From NCBI GenBank assembly GCA_946415265.1, contig CAMKRV010000001.1:18887-82886 (forward strand): a stretch of DNA of 64,000 bases, written 5' to 3'. A model generated the notes under the pieces. The model was not told where the DNA came from. It searched no databases and saw only the letters and a list, made by a program, of their open reading frames with translations. Below, piece by piece: positions 31,820 to 41,244 of this stretch (the first letter of the stretch is position 1; each line of letters starts with the position of its first letter). Source of the DNA: an uncultured Candidatus Saccharibacteria bacterium. Lineage in GTDB: Bacteria; Patescibacteriota; Saccharimonadia; Saccharimonadales; Saccharimonadaceae. The position numbers were made by a program, and so were the translations under genes.

Positions 31820-33178
31820 ATGTATGACGTTTGGAAAAACGCACTTGCCGAGATTGAACAGCAAATTTCTACCGCTAATTTCTCGACCTGGTTTCAAGAT
31901 ACTTCCCTTCTCTCTACCGAAGATGGTGAAATTAAAATTGGCGTTAAAAATTCCTTTTACGTCAAGCAGCTCCGCAATCGTTATCTAGATCTCATCAAAA
32001 CTGCCTTAGAAAATAACAATATCACAGTTAATAATATAGATTTTGAAGTCCAGTCTGGTACCAAGCCTAAAGTTCGTCCTCGCGAAATCACACCTACAGA
32101 TACCGTAGTAAAATCCCGCATCAAAAAAGTTAAAACCGAACTCACAAATCAACCCACCAATACCGGTCTTAATAATAAATATACTTTGGATAATTTTGTT
32201 GTTGGCTCCAATAACGATCTAGCCGTTTCGGCTGCACGTAGTATCATTGATTCCCCAGGCGACCGCTACAATCCTTTCTTTCTTTACGGTGGCCCAGGTC
32301 TCGGTAAAACCCACCTTGTTCAAGCTATCGGCAACGAACTCCTCAAGAAAAACCCAGATCTCAAAATCTTCTACACCCCCATCTCTCATTTCTATTCCGA
32401 TTTTATCGACGCTGTTAAATTAGGTAAGGGCAAAGAATTCAATCTCAAGTTCCGCAAATTGGATGTTCTTATTATTGATGACTTTCAATTCATCGTTGGC
32501 AAGGAAAAATCCCAAGAAGAATTCTTCAATATATTTAACGACCTCTATCAACTCAACAAACAAATCATCGTCACTTCAGATCGTCTCCCATCCCAGATTA
32601 AATCCGTAGATGAGCGCTTAGCTTCTCGCCTCACTTGGGCTGGCGCTTTCGATCTTCAACTTCCCAAATTTGAAGATAAGTGTGCCATCCTTCGTGCCAA
32701 AGCCGAACTTATGGGCGCCGAAATCGAACCCGAAGCTATTGAATACATCGCCGAAAACGTCAATACCAATATTCGTGATCTTGAAGGTGAATTTTCCACC
32801 ATATTATTAATGTCAGAAGTCCGTGGTCTTACCCCGCTAGAGCTCATAGAAAATGGCGCCGTTAGCGTTAACAAAACTTCCAAACTTCGCCCAGTCTCCG
32901 CCAAGCAAATCGTGGAAAAGGTTGCTAAATACTATGAACTTCCGGTTAAGGAAATGTGTGGTAAGTCTCGCGTTGCCCACATTAAGACAGCCCGCCAAGT
33001 TGCTATGTTTTTATTATCTAAAGAATTAAGCCTTAGTACTAATAAAATCGCTGCCGAAGTTGGTGTCAAAGATCACACCACCGTTATGCACGGCGTCAAA
33101 AAGATAGAAAAAGATCTCAAACTCAATTTCACCCTCCGCGACCAAATCGAAGAAATCAAGGAGAAGATTTATGGTTAA
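31820..33178 (+). CDS. dnaA: Chromosomal replication initiator DnaA
   Basis: YNPFFLYGGPGLGKTHL, LIIDDFQF, NIRDLEG, KDHTTVMHG. Confidence 0.98.
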   Translation: MYDVWKNALAEIEQQISTANFSTWFQDTSLLSTEDGEIKIGVKNSFYVKQLRNRYLDLIKTALENNNITVNNIDFEVQSGTKPKVRPREITPTDTVVKSRIKKVKTELTNQPTNTGLNNKYTLDNFVVGSNNDLAVSAARSIIDSPGDRYNPFFLYGGPGLGKTHLVQAIGNELLKKNPDLKIFYTPISHFYSDFIDAVKLGKGKEFNLKFRKLDVLIIDDFQFIVGKEKSQEEFFNIFNDLYQLNKQIIVTSDRLPSQIKSVDERLASRLTWAGAFDLQLPKFEDKCAILRAKAELMGAEIEPEAIEYIAENVNTNIRDLEGEFSTILLMSEVRGLTPLELIENGAVSVNKTSKLRPVSAKQIVEKVAKYYELPVKEMCGKSRVAHIKTARQVAMFLLSKELSLSTNKIAAEVGVKDHTTVMHGVKKIEKDLKLNFTLRDQIEEIKEKIYG

Positions 33179-33442
33179 CAATTTTATTCAAAATGTGGAA
33201 ATCCTGTGCAAAACTATCTGGAAATCTCCGTGTATAAATCGTGCAAATTTTCGTGTAAAACTTTTTATTCAATATTTCTTAGTGGATAAACAAATTTATA
33301 CACTTACTTTTCCTACTTTTCCCACCACCTTTTTCACAAGTATTCAACAGATAAGCCAAACTAACTTTTCCACTATTCCACAACCCCTACTATTACAACT
33401 ACAAAATATTTTATTAGTTAAGAACTCATAAGAAAGGATTGT
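33179..33442. other. dnaA-dnaN intergenic AT-rich region with degenerate DnaA boxes (candidate oriC part)
   Basis: TGTGGAAAT, GTGGATAAA, TTTTCCACT, TTCCACAA followed by AT-rich tract. Confidence 0.6.
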
Positions 33443-34543
33443 ATGAAAATTAAAGTTACACAAGAAAAATTAAGTAAAGCTTTAAATAATGTAAGTCGCA
33501 TTGCTATTGGTCGTGTTACTTTACCTATATTAAATAATGTCTTAATCCGTGTAGATAATAAAAAAGTATCCTTAGTTACTACAAACCTAGATATGGCTGT
33601 AGTAGATTTCTTACCAGTCTCTAGCTCTGAAGATGGCGTAGTTACTGTACCAGCCAAACTCTTAGCCGAATTCGTTTCCAATCTCCCCAAAGGCGAAACT
33701 ATTGAAATTTCTTCCGAAGACACCAAGGTTACTATTACTGCTGGTAAATATTCTTCTACTATCAATGGTGCTTTGGCGGATGATTTCCCAGAACTTCCAG
33801 AAATCAACGAAGATTCCGCTGTAGTATACAAAATCGGCGTAGATGAATTTAAAAATAGTGTTGGTCAGGTCACTATCGCTGCGTCAAACGATCTTACCCG
33901 CCCAGCTCTCACTGGTGTATATTTTAATACTTACGACAATATCCTAGCCATCGCCTCTACCGATGGTTACCGCCTGGCAGAGAAAAAACTAATAGACAAA
34001 GTAGAAAGCGAAGTTAAAGCTATCGTCCCAGCTACTTCCCTTCAGGAAGTCTTAAGATCTATTAATGATGAAGTAGAAGAAGTAGAAATCTCTTTCAATG
34101 AAGATCTCGTACGTTTCCGTTTTGGTGAAGTAGAAGTTATCTCTAAACTTATAGACGCTAGCTTCCCAGATTACCAAAAGCTTATTCCTAAAGATAATAA
34201 TATCAAAGTTACCTTAGGTCGCGACGAATTAGTTCGTGTCACTAAGCTCGCCGCTCTCTTTGCCCGCTCAGTAGGCGGCTCTATTATCTGTGAAACCAAA
34301 TCTCCAAATATTTTCTCAGTAAAATCCATCGCCAACGAATTTGGTGAAAATGATTCCGAAATAGAAACCAAAGTAGAAGTAGAGGGTAGAGTAAACCTCA
34401 ATTCCCGTTTCCTTATCGATGCCCTCAATGCCTTAGAGGAAAAAGAGATTGATTTTGAATTTTCCGACCACATCGCACCCATTATTCTTAAAAATAAAAA
34501 GAGCAATAATTATACCCACATTATTATGCCACTCAACTCATAA
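33443..34543 (+). CDS. dnaN: DNA polymerase III beta clamp
   Basis: LPILNNV, DFPELP, RPALTGV, STDGYRL, FPDY, IMPL. Confidence 0.97.
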   Translation: MKIKVTQEKLSKALNNVSRIAIGRVTLPILNNVLIRVDNKKVSLVTTNLDMAVVDFLPVSSSEDGVVTVPAKLLAEFVSNLPKGETIEISSEDTKVTITAGKYSSTINGALADDFPELPEINEDSAVVYKIGVDEFKNSVGQVTIAASNDLTRPALTGVYFNTYDNILAIASTDGYRLAEKKLIDKVESEVKAIVPATSLQEVLRSINDEVEEVEISFNEDLVRFRFGEVEVISKLIDASFPDYQKLIPKDNNIKVTLGRDELVRVTKLAALFARSVGGSIICETKSPNIFSVKSIANEFGENDSEIETKVEVEGRVNLNSRFLIDALNALEEKEIDFEFSDHIAPIILKNKKSNNYTHIIMPLNS

Positions 34544-34549
34544 TTAACA

Positions 34550-35554
34550 ATGATTATCAAATCTATTAAACTATTTAATTTTCGCAACCACACCGAATAT
34601 TCTCTAGACTGCCAAGATGAGACTTCACTTATTCTCGGTGAAAACGGCAGTGGCAAGACATCCGTGCTCGAGGCTATCTATATCCTTACTCGTGGTAAAA
34701 GCTTTCGCGCTACTGACCCCGAAATTATCAAGCGCGGCACCGAGTATTACCGTATTGAACTAGAATACACTAATGGTGAAATCTATACTGCTACTTACGA
34801 CGGTGTCACTAAAACTTTCCTTATTATGGATAAAAAATCCCGCCGCTTACCCAAAAAGAATAAATACCCCGTAGTTCTCTTTCAGCCGTCAGATCTTAAC
34901 CTTATTAGCCATTCCCCTAGTCGCCGTCGTGATTATTTTGACCGTATCTTTAGTCAGTTCGACGAAAAATACAACGAAAGCTTACTGAAATATGAAAAAT
35001 CCTTAAAACAACGTAATGAATTATTAAAATCCGATAATATCACCAAAGAAGCTATTTTCTCCTGGAATATCTTACTTGCAAAATATGGCACAGATCTATT
35101 CACTTATCGTCAAAAATTTATTCAAGAAATAAATTCTCGTCTTACCGATATTTATCGCTCTATCGCCGAAAACGATGACGAAATAGAAATTATTTATAAA
35201 TCCGATGTTGCTAGTAGTAATGATAATCAATACCTTAATATTCTAGAAAGCAATTATCAAAAAGATCTCTACCTTGGCCACACTAGCTTTGGTGTCCACC
35301 GTGACGATTATATTTTTAAATTCAACGGCAAGCCTGCTGATGGCTCCGCCTCGCGTGGTGAATCTCGTTCTATTATTTTAGCTCTTAAATTCATAGAAGC
35401 AGACTTGGTTTATCAAAAACTTTCCAAAAAACCTATCATTTTGCTAGACGATGTTTTCTCCGAACTCGACGAATCCCGCCGCAAATGCCTAGTTAAAAAC
35501 TTTAAAGATAATCAAGTAATCATTACTAGTGTAGAAGATATTAAAGATAAATGA
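34550..35554 (+). CDS. recF: DNA replication/repair protein RecF
   Basis: NFRN, GENGSGKTSVLEA, GVHRDD, SRGE, LLDDVFSELD. Confidence 0.95.
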   Translation: MIIKSIKLFNFRNHTEYSLDCQDETSLILGENGSGKTSVLEAIYILTRGKSFRATDPEIIKRGTEYYRIELEYTNGEIYTATYDGVTKTFLIMDKKSRRLPKKNKYPVVLFQPSDLNLISHSPSRRRDYFDRIFSQFDEKYNESLLKYEKSLKQRNELLKSDNITKEAIFSWNILLAKYGTDLFTYRQKFIQEINSRLTDIYRSIAENDDEIEIIYKSDVASSNDNQYLNILESNYQKDLYLGHTSFGVHRDDYIFKFNGKPADGSASRGESRSIILALKFIEADLVYQKLSKKPIILLDDVFSELDESRRKCLVKNFKDNQVIITSVEDIKDK

Positions 35555-35565
35555 TTATCAGTGCT

Positions 35566-37113
35566 TTACCTCGCCACACATCGTACCGTATTGCCACGGC
35601 CCCTGAGAGCCCATGCGCCACCATCAGCCATTGATGCGCTGTTTGGGTTAATGCACATTCTATATGCTTGTTTAGAAGTACTAACAGTACTAGAATTATA
35701 GCATCCGCTAGTTCCTATACTTGCCAACCTATTATTATTATCCACTAGGCCACCGGCAACAAAGTATAACGGACTATTAAACCATGCCACCCCAGTATTA
35801 GTTAAACCACTATTATATAAATAATTTAATCTCGCAAATTCATTAGTGAAATCAGTAGCTGTTTCTGATGCGTTGGATATAGTAGGCAATCTCCACCCTT
35901 TTGGACAAATAGAGTTTTGGGGATTTTGCGATATATTATTTAATGTATCATTGGTTAATGCGCTGGAATTATTGCTGGCTATAGCTGCAGTCCAGTTGTA
36001 GTAATTACCTAGTGAAGCGTGGCCTGTTCCTACATCGTCTGTTTTGTTGGCAGAATATGGTACCGTATTACTGTCTTGCCAACCAGTTACAAAAGTGTTA
36101 TTCCCACCAGAAAAATTAATTGTCTTAGCCGTATTAACGGGGGTCCAAGTTGTAATCCTCGTAGCAGGATCGTAACTATACCCATTAGCCTCGGAATAAG
36201 CACCAGTAAGTGAGTGATCTATTAGGTCTGTGTCTTCTGAAGTTAATGTTTTCATTTTAGTAGGGTCTTGTTCGTCTGCTACTATATCAAAATCTAAGTT
36301 CTGTGTCATCCAGATATGTCCATCAGCTAATCTAGTTACCCAGTATTGTTTACCGTCCCTGATATCTATAGCCTGTATACTATCACCTATATTAGCTAGT
36401 ACAGAATTACCCCACGTATCTACATCTTGCATAAATAAATGTTGTGAATTGCTATTTGGATGCGTAAGTATATACTTCACCTGTCCCTGATAAGTACCAG
36501 CATACTGGGAAGAACTAGCATATACGGCATAAGTAGTAGTAAAACTAGATCCTTGCGCCATGTCTGTAGTACCACTAGCTCTTCCTGCCACTTTAGTCCA
36601 ATATGGTGGTACTATACCATATGTATTATTATAGTCACTTTCTATAGTAGGTGGAGTAGGAGAAGGATCATCTGGTATATTATTTAACTTCATAGCCCAT
36701 TGTGAAGTTAATCCACTGGTATTTAATCCTGTATCTATACTATATTCAGGTCTTTCAGAGTTAACTAGTCTATTATTACCTTCTTCATTATTACTATACC
36801 CTACTGCATATACACTATACCCATTACCATCATTACATAGTGTAGTAATGGTAGTCTTTCCTATATCCCCTAAATAGTTACCGTTATATACTTCTGCATT
36901 ATGAGGAACATTAACTACACTAGATAAAGTACAAGATGATGAGATAGTGATAGCTAGGTTGTCTGACCCAGATGTAGAACCTGTGGCAGAGCTGTGAGGT
37001 AATGATAAGATAATGGTTGAAATAATGACTAATGAAATGCTGATAATTAGTATATTCCGAAATGTCTTGTAGAAGAAATTTATATGACTTTCTATTTTAT
37101 TTATTTCACCCAT
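35566..37113 (-). CDS. Surface protein with FISUMP (Fibrobacter succinogenes major paralog) C-terminal domain, paralog A
   Basis: N-terminal TM; WMTQNLD, GNYYNWTAA, SICPKGWRLP, VRCVAR; SD GAGGT. Confidence 0.85.
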   Translation of the reverse strand: MGEINKIESHINFFYKTFRNILIISISLVIISTIILSLPHSSATGSTSGSDNLAITISSSCTLSSVVNVPHNAEVYNGNYLGDIGKTTITTLCNDGNGYSVYAVGYSNNEEGNNRLVNSERPEYSIDTGLNTSGLTSQWAMKLNNIPDDPSPTPPTIESDYNNTYGIVPPYWTKVAGRASGTTDMAQGSSFTTTYAVYASSSQYAGTYQGQVKYILTHPNSNSQHLFMQDVDTWGNSVLANIGDSIQAIDIRDGKQYWVTRLADGHIWMTQNLDFDIVADEQDPTKMKTLTSEDTDLIDHSLTGAYSEANGYSYDPATRITTWTPVNTAKTINFSGGNNTFVTGWQDSNTVPYSANKTDDVGTGHASLGNYYNWTAAIASNNSSALTNDTLNNISQNPQNSICPKGWRLPTISNASETATDFTNEFARLNYLYNSGLTNTGVAWFNSPLYFVAGGLVDNNNRLASIGTSGCYNSSTVSTSKQAYRMCINPNSASMADGGAWALRGRGNTVRCVAR

Positions 37114-37140
37114 CTTACCTCTCTTGTATTGGCTTACTTT

Positions 37141-37339
37141 ATATACTTAGTGGGTGGCCGTACCTATTTTACTCGTTATCATTTATATGATTTAGAATTT
37201 TTACACGTATATTCCAGACGGCGTCCGAGAAAGTTACCCGTAAGGGTAATCTTTCCCGGACGCCCTGTGTATGACGTGCTAAAAATTCTAAGTCTAGATA
37301 ATGAGAAAATAGGTACGGACAGGACCCGCTAAGATATAT
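37141..37339 (+). repeat. ~200-nt imperfect palindrome (MITE/REP-like) in leader of FISUMP paralog A
   Basis: CCGTACCTATTTT/AAAATAGGTACGG, TTAGAATTTTTA/TAAAAATTCTAA, GGCGTCCG/CGGACGCC, TTACCC-GTAA-GGGTAA. Confidence 0.85.
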
Positions 37340-37355
37340 TAATTTACTATGTCTT

Positions 37356-37530
37356 TGTGGTGCCACTATATTAATGGGGATTAACAAAAATGGCACCGCA
37401 AGGAGTGCAATACTTCATTGATTAGTCAGAACGGTTTAAAACGTTCCACAACGAGGTACCTTACGGTGCCAATTTTATTGCGAAACGTTTTATATAAAAA
37501 ACGCCCTGACTATTTTTTGAAGTATTGCAC
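37356..37530 (-). ncRNA. Candidate structured leader RNA, copy A
   Basis: After TGATACAAT (37535-37543): P1 GTGCAATACTTCA/TGAAGTATTGCAC, inner stems, loop TGGCACCGTAAGG complementary to CCTTGCGGTGCCA; 48-nt tail identical to copy B. Confidence 0.7.
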
Positions 37531-37570
37531 CTTAATTGTATCATTGTTTCACTAAAAACAAAAGCAAAAC

Positions 37571-39796
37571 TTATTTATTCGCTAATGCACTATGGCTCTT
37601 CATAAACGCTACCACTGGATTTTCGCTCCCCTCAAAGAATTTCATATTATTATAGGCGGTTTCGTCATCGGTATATTGCTTTAGGGCTGCCGTAGCCCGT
37701 GCTAGTGATACATATCTCTGCGCATATTTATAAGTCTGCCAATCCGGATTGCTACTAGAATTCACAAACGCTTCCCCAGAGGCAAACCTCTTATCTTGTT
37801 CGGAAGCTCCCACAAACATTTCTATCATTGCTGCAATATCAGACACAAAAGGTATAGAACTAGATTCATTACTTATAGAATCTAGTATTCCGCCATCCAT
37901 CAGCCCAGCCGGTGTTTCACGTTTGTTATTATATAGTATAAAATCCGCCAGGTCAGATCCTTCATTGATTTTTCTCACCCCACTAGAATCTAGTGTAGTA
38001 TTGCTATTTACAAAATCAATAAATCCAGCGTCATTAAATGGATTATTTAATGTGGAAGTATCAAATGTAGCAATTGCAGAACATTGTGCTGTTCCCATCG
38101 CCCCGATCGTAGCCAAAGTTTCACAATCTCCAAAGGTTGCCAAGTATCCATCCGTATCATCTGCAAACGAGGTTGGCAAAATCGCCATCACCGCTGAACT
38201 CGCCGCGCTGGAAAAAGTTTTAATCCCGGAGAACACGCCAGAAAATTTTGCGCCTGCCATTGCAAAATTAAATACAATAGATCCTAAAAACGTATTCTTG
38301 GACGTGATGTCAAATGGACTGCGGCTGAGTCTATCCGCTTCCGCATTTAATGCCGCAATTTTAGAGTATAGTCGCCCAAATTGTTTTACGGCTTCGCCGT
38401 CCCCGGTTGTTGCGCCGCTACCCTTAGCTAATTCTCTTTCTACTACCACCGCCCCGTTTGCTAGTGCTTCACCCGCAGCGACACCCTTGGTGTTGTCGAA
38501 CGAATTATCTACCAAAGATCTAGAAACCGTAGGTTCAACTATCGAAAGTATTGCACTAGATGCTGCCTCTACCCCATCGCTAATTAATCTACCTATAGAG
38601 CCTTTAGCTTGATTAGTAGATGATGTTACGGTTTCATTAATCGTGGCATTGTTATCACCCAGGCGGTTTTCTACGGTTTTCAGAATTCTGTCCGCAGAAT
38701 AGTTCCCCGCTTCATTCAAATTAACTTTCTCGCCAGAAAGCATCGCATATAAACTAGGCGCTTCCATAGCTGAACCCGTCACCTTTACCACTTCGCCAGT
38801 TTTCACATCTACTACTTCGGTTTCAGATTTATCGTATAAGAAATTCATCATTTCATTAACTTTGGCTTCATTGCCGTCGCCCGCTTTCATTTTACTCACA
38901 TTTTCCATAAAAAGTGAAAACAGTAGTCCATCTCGCTGTTCTTTAGATACTGTATCTGCCGCCTTTAAGCTATCTGCTGAATTTAGGGTTGCAACATTGG
39001 TATTTGCTGCGTAGTTTTTAGCGCCAACTGCATTAATGAAATCTGCCGCTTCAGATCCAGATTTTGCAGCTGCTCCGTTTTCTTCATACTCGTAGTATGT
39101 TTCTGTTGTGCCAGTCTCTTGGTTTGTTTGTTCTTTTTCCACTAAAGAAACTGTGTTTACATCTATATTACTACCCTCACCCATTAGTGAATCTACCACC
39201 TCATTAAAATCTGAATCGCTAGTAAAATTGTTTCGCTTGGTTCCTAGGTTTTCAAAAAATTCATTGGCGGACTCGTCGTAATAATATGCCGCACAGCCAT
39301 AAGTTGCATCATTTACACTATTATATAGTGATGCATCATTAATAACTTTATCTACGTAATCTTTCGCCTCAATAATATTATTATCTTTCTTAAGTACTAG
39401 ACTTACGCCAGCTTTGTTGTTTTCTACGAATTCCCCGCCCTCATTAACGTATCCTACTTGGATACCCTTTTCATTAAGTATCTTTGTAGTATCGTCGGGT
39501 AATTCCCCCTCCGTCAGGGCTTGTTGTATGGCAATATTTTTGCTCATCACCATATCTGCACATTGTACATCTGTAGCTTCAATCATGCGTTCTTGTACTG
39601 CCGCTGGCAAAATATTCCCCGAACCTAAAAGCACCAACGCTATTATAGCCATAGCTACAATAAATCCCACCGCACCTAGAGACTTGAGTTTTTTCGAAGA
39701 TTTAGTATTGGATTTTTTTCCGCTTACACGCGAAACAAACTGATTATTATTCAGTGCAGACCTTTCGCTCGACTTTAATAATTCATCAGCCGACAT
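37571..39796 (-). CDS. Large hypothetical membrane-anchored protein
   Basis: 741-aa ORF, N-terminal TM, TGTTATAAT upstream; no recognised catalytic motif. Confidence 0.7.
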   Translation of the reverse strand: MSADELLKSSERSALNNNQFVSRVSGKKSNTKSSKKLKSLGAVGFIVAMAIIALVLLGSGNILPAAVQERMIEATDVQCADMVMSKNIAIQQALTEGELPDDTTKILNEKGIQVGYVNEGGEFVENNKAGVSLVLKKDNNIIEAKDYVDKVINDASLYNSVNDATYGCAAYYYDESANEFFENLGTKRNNFTSDSDFNEVVDSLMGEGSNIDVNTVSLVEKEQTNQETGTTETYYEYEENGAAAKSGSEAADFINAVGAKNYAANTNVATLNSADSLKAADTVSKEQRDGLLFSLFMENVSKMKAGDGNEAKVNEMMNFLYDKSETEVVDVKTGEVVKVTGSAMEAPSLYAMLSGEKVNLNEAGNYSADRILKTVENRLGDNNATINETVTSSTNQAKGSIGRLISDGVEAASSAILSIVEPTVSRSLVDNSFDNTKGVAAGEALANGAVVVERELAKGSGATTGDGEAVKQFGRLYSKIAALNAEADRLSRSPFDITSKNTFLGSIVFNFAMAGAKFSGVFSGIKTFSSAASSAVMAILPTSFADDTDGYLATFGDCETLATIGAMGTAQCSAIATFDTSTLNNPFNDAGFIDFVNSNTTLDSSGVRKINEGSDLADFILYNNKRETPAGLMDGGILDSISNESSSIPFVSDIAAMIEMFVGASEQDKRFASGEAFVNSSSNPDWQTYKYAQRYVSLARATAALKQYTDDETAYNNMKFFEGSENPVVAFMKSHSALANK

Positions 39797-39855
39797 AACT
39801 AATATAATTATAACATACTTATGGAAAAAGTAAAGTTTTGTGTTATAATGATAAA

Positions 39856-41115
39856 ATGGTTCATGTAGATAAAGTTATCCCTGGCGGTCAAGCTTTAGGT
39901 ACTCTAGAAGATGGTCGTAAAATCTTTTTCTGGAATGCTCTTCCTGGCGAAGATGTTTCTGAATATGAGATTGTCAAGAAAAAATCCCATTACTATGAAG
40001 CTATTGCTACTAAAATAGAAAATCCATCAGAGTTTCGCACTAATCCCAAAGATCCTTGTTTTTTATCTACTTCACCTTGGCAAATTATTGACTGGGACTA
40101 TGAAAATCAGCTTAAAACCGAACTTGTGGTAGAAATTTTCCGCGAGCATCAAATAGATATAACTAGGCCGCATATTTTTACTGACAACAACCCATATTAT
40201 TATCGTAACAAAATGGAGTATGCCCTATATTGGAATAATGAAAAAAAGCTTATTGAGCTTGCTTTTCACCTTCGTGGCTCACATCGCAAAATACCTATTA
40301 ATACTTCTTCTATTGAGCGCCCCGAAATTTTCGCTGCCGCCCAACGAATTATTAATGATTTGAATAGTAGACACGAAGAGGCTCGTAAGTATCAGTCAAT
40401 CCTACTTCGTTGTAATCAAAACGGCGAAGTCTCCGGCGGCCTTTACGAAAACCACAAACCCCACCCAGTTTTTAAAAATCTCACCGATGATATTTTGGGG
40501 CAAACCTATTCTTACTCGCCTAATGGCTTTTTTCAGATTAATTTACCTGTTTACAAACTAGCTCTCAAAGAAATAAAAAAGCACATTAGTACGGATAATG
40601 TTTTGGACCTCTATGCCGGCGTCGGCACCATCGGTCTTTCCGTCGCCCGGGACCAGCAACTTACTCTAGTTGAAGTTGACAAAAGTGCTTATAAGGAATT
40701 GGAAAGGAATTGCTTCACAGGGCAAGGCGATACCACTTCTGAGGAGCATAATCACCGACGGGGTGATTACGAAGCGACCGAACCCCGCAACGGCGGGCGA
40801 GAGGGAGCGTTCCGAAGAAGTGATGTCGCCTTGCCTAAACCAATCCTAGCCAAATCTGAAGACGCATTAAATTTTGTCAACTTCAACCAGACTGTCATCC
40901 TTGATCCTCCACGTGCCGGCTGCGACGCCAAACTAATAGATAAATTACTAGAAATCACACCGCAAAAAATTATCTACCTTTCTTGTAATCCTGCCACTCA
41001 AGCCCGTGACGTTAAGATGTTGTTAGATAAATACAAGATAGAAGAAATTAAAACTTTCAATTTCTTCCCCCGCACCCCACATATCGAAAATCTCGTAATT
41101 CTCTCTTTAAAATAA
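39856..41115 (+). CDS. rlmD: RlmD/TrmA-family RNA m5U methyltransferase with internal ~38-aa insertion
   Basis: TRAM-like start, YRNKME, FFQIN, LDLYAGVGTIGL, LDPPRAG, YLSCNPATQARD, FPRTPHIE. Confidence 0.88.
   Translation: MVHVDKVIPGGQALGTLEDGRKIFFWNALPGEDVSEYEIVKKKSHYYEAIATKIENPSEFRTNPKDPCFLSTSPWQIIDWDYENQLKTELVVEIFREHQIDITRPHIFTDNNPYYYRNKMEYALYWNNEKKLIELAFHLRGSHRKIPINTSSIERPEIFAAAQRIINDLNSRHEEARKYQSILLRCNQNGEVSGGLYENHKPHPVFKNLTDDILGQTYSYSPNGFFQINLPVYKLALKEIKKHISTDNVLDLYAGVGTIGLSVARDQQLTLVEVDKSAYKELERNCFTGQGDTTSEEHNHRRGDYEATEPRNGGREGAFRRSDVALPKPILAKSEDALNFVNFNQTVILDPPRAGCDAKLIDKLLEITPQKIIYLSCNPATQARDVKMLLDKYKIEEIKTFNFFPRTPHIENLVILSLK
40721..40835 (+). repeat. In-frame palindromic element in rlmD
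   Basis: GGCAAGGCGATACCACTTCT...AGAAGTGATGTCGCCTTGCC with inner hairpins TAATCACC/GGTGATTA and CCCGC/GCGGG. Confidence 0.8.
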
Positions 41116-41144
41116 CCCCAGAATATGCTAAACTAGTTTTAGAC

Positions 41145-41234
41145 GGAAAGGTGGCCGAGTGGTTTAAGGCGCACGCTTGGAAAGCGTGTGAACTCGCAAG
41201 GGTTCCGCAAGTTCGAATCTTGTCCTTTCCGCCA
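41145..41234 (+). tRNA. tRNA-Ser(GGA)
   Basis: GGAAAGGTGGCCGAGTGG...CACGCTT-GGA-AAGCGTG, long variable arm, GTTCGAATC, CCA. Confidence 0.95.
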
Positions 41235-41244
41235 AAACCAAAAC

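Noticed and set aside
33171-33431. 86-aa ORF between dnaA and dnaN
   Set aside because: Overlaps DnaA-box-rich AT-rich intergenic DNA, no recognisable protein features; likely spurious.
35566-35760. FISUMP C-termini as diversity-generating retroelement variable regions
   Set aside because: No reverse transcriptase and no template repeat differing only at adenines is visible in the window; cannot be excluded elsewhere in the genome.
37749-38612. 287-aa + strand ORF and the many other antisense ORFs over groEL, uvrA, valS and the ATPase
   Set aside because: Shadow frames of well-supported genes on the opposite strand, lacking start signals and motifs.
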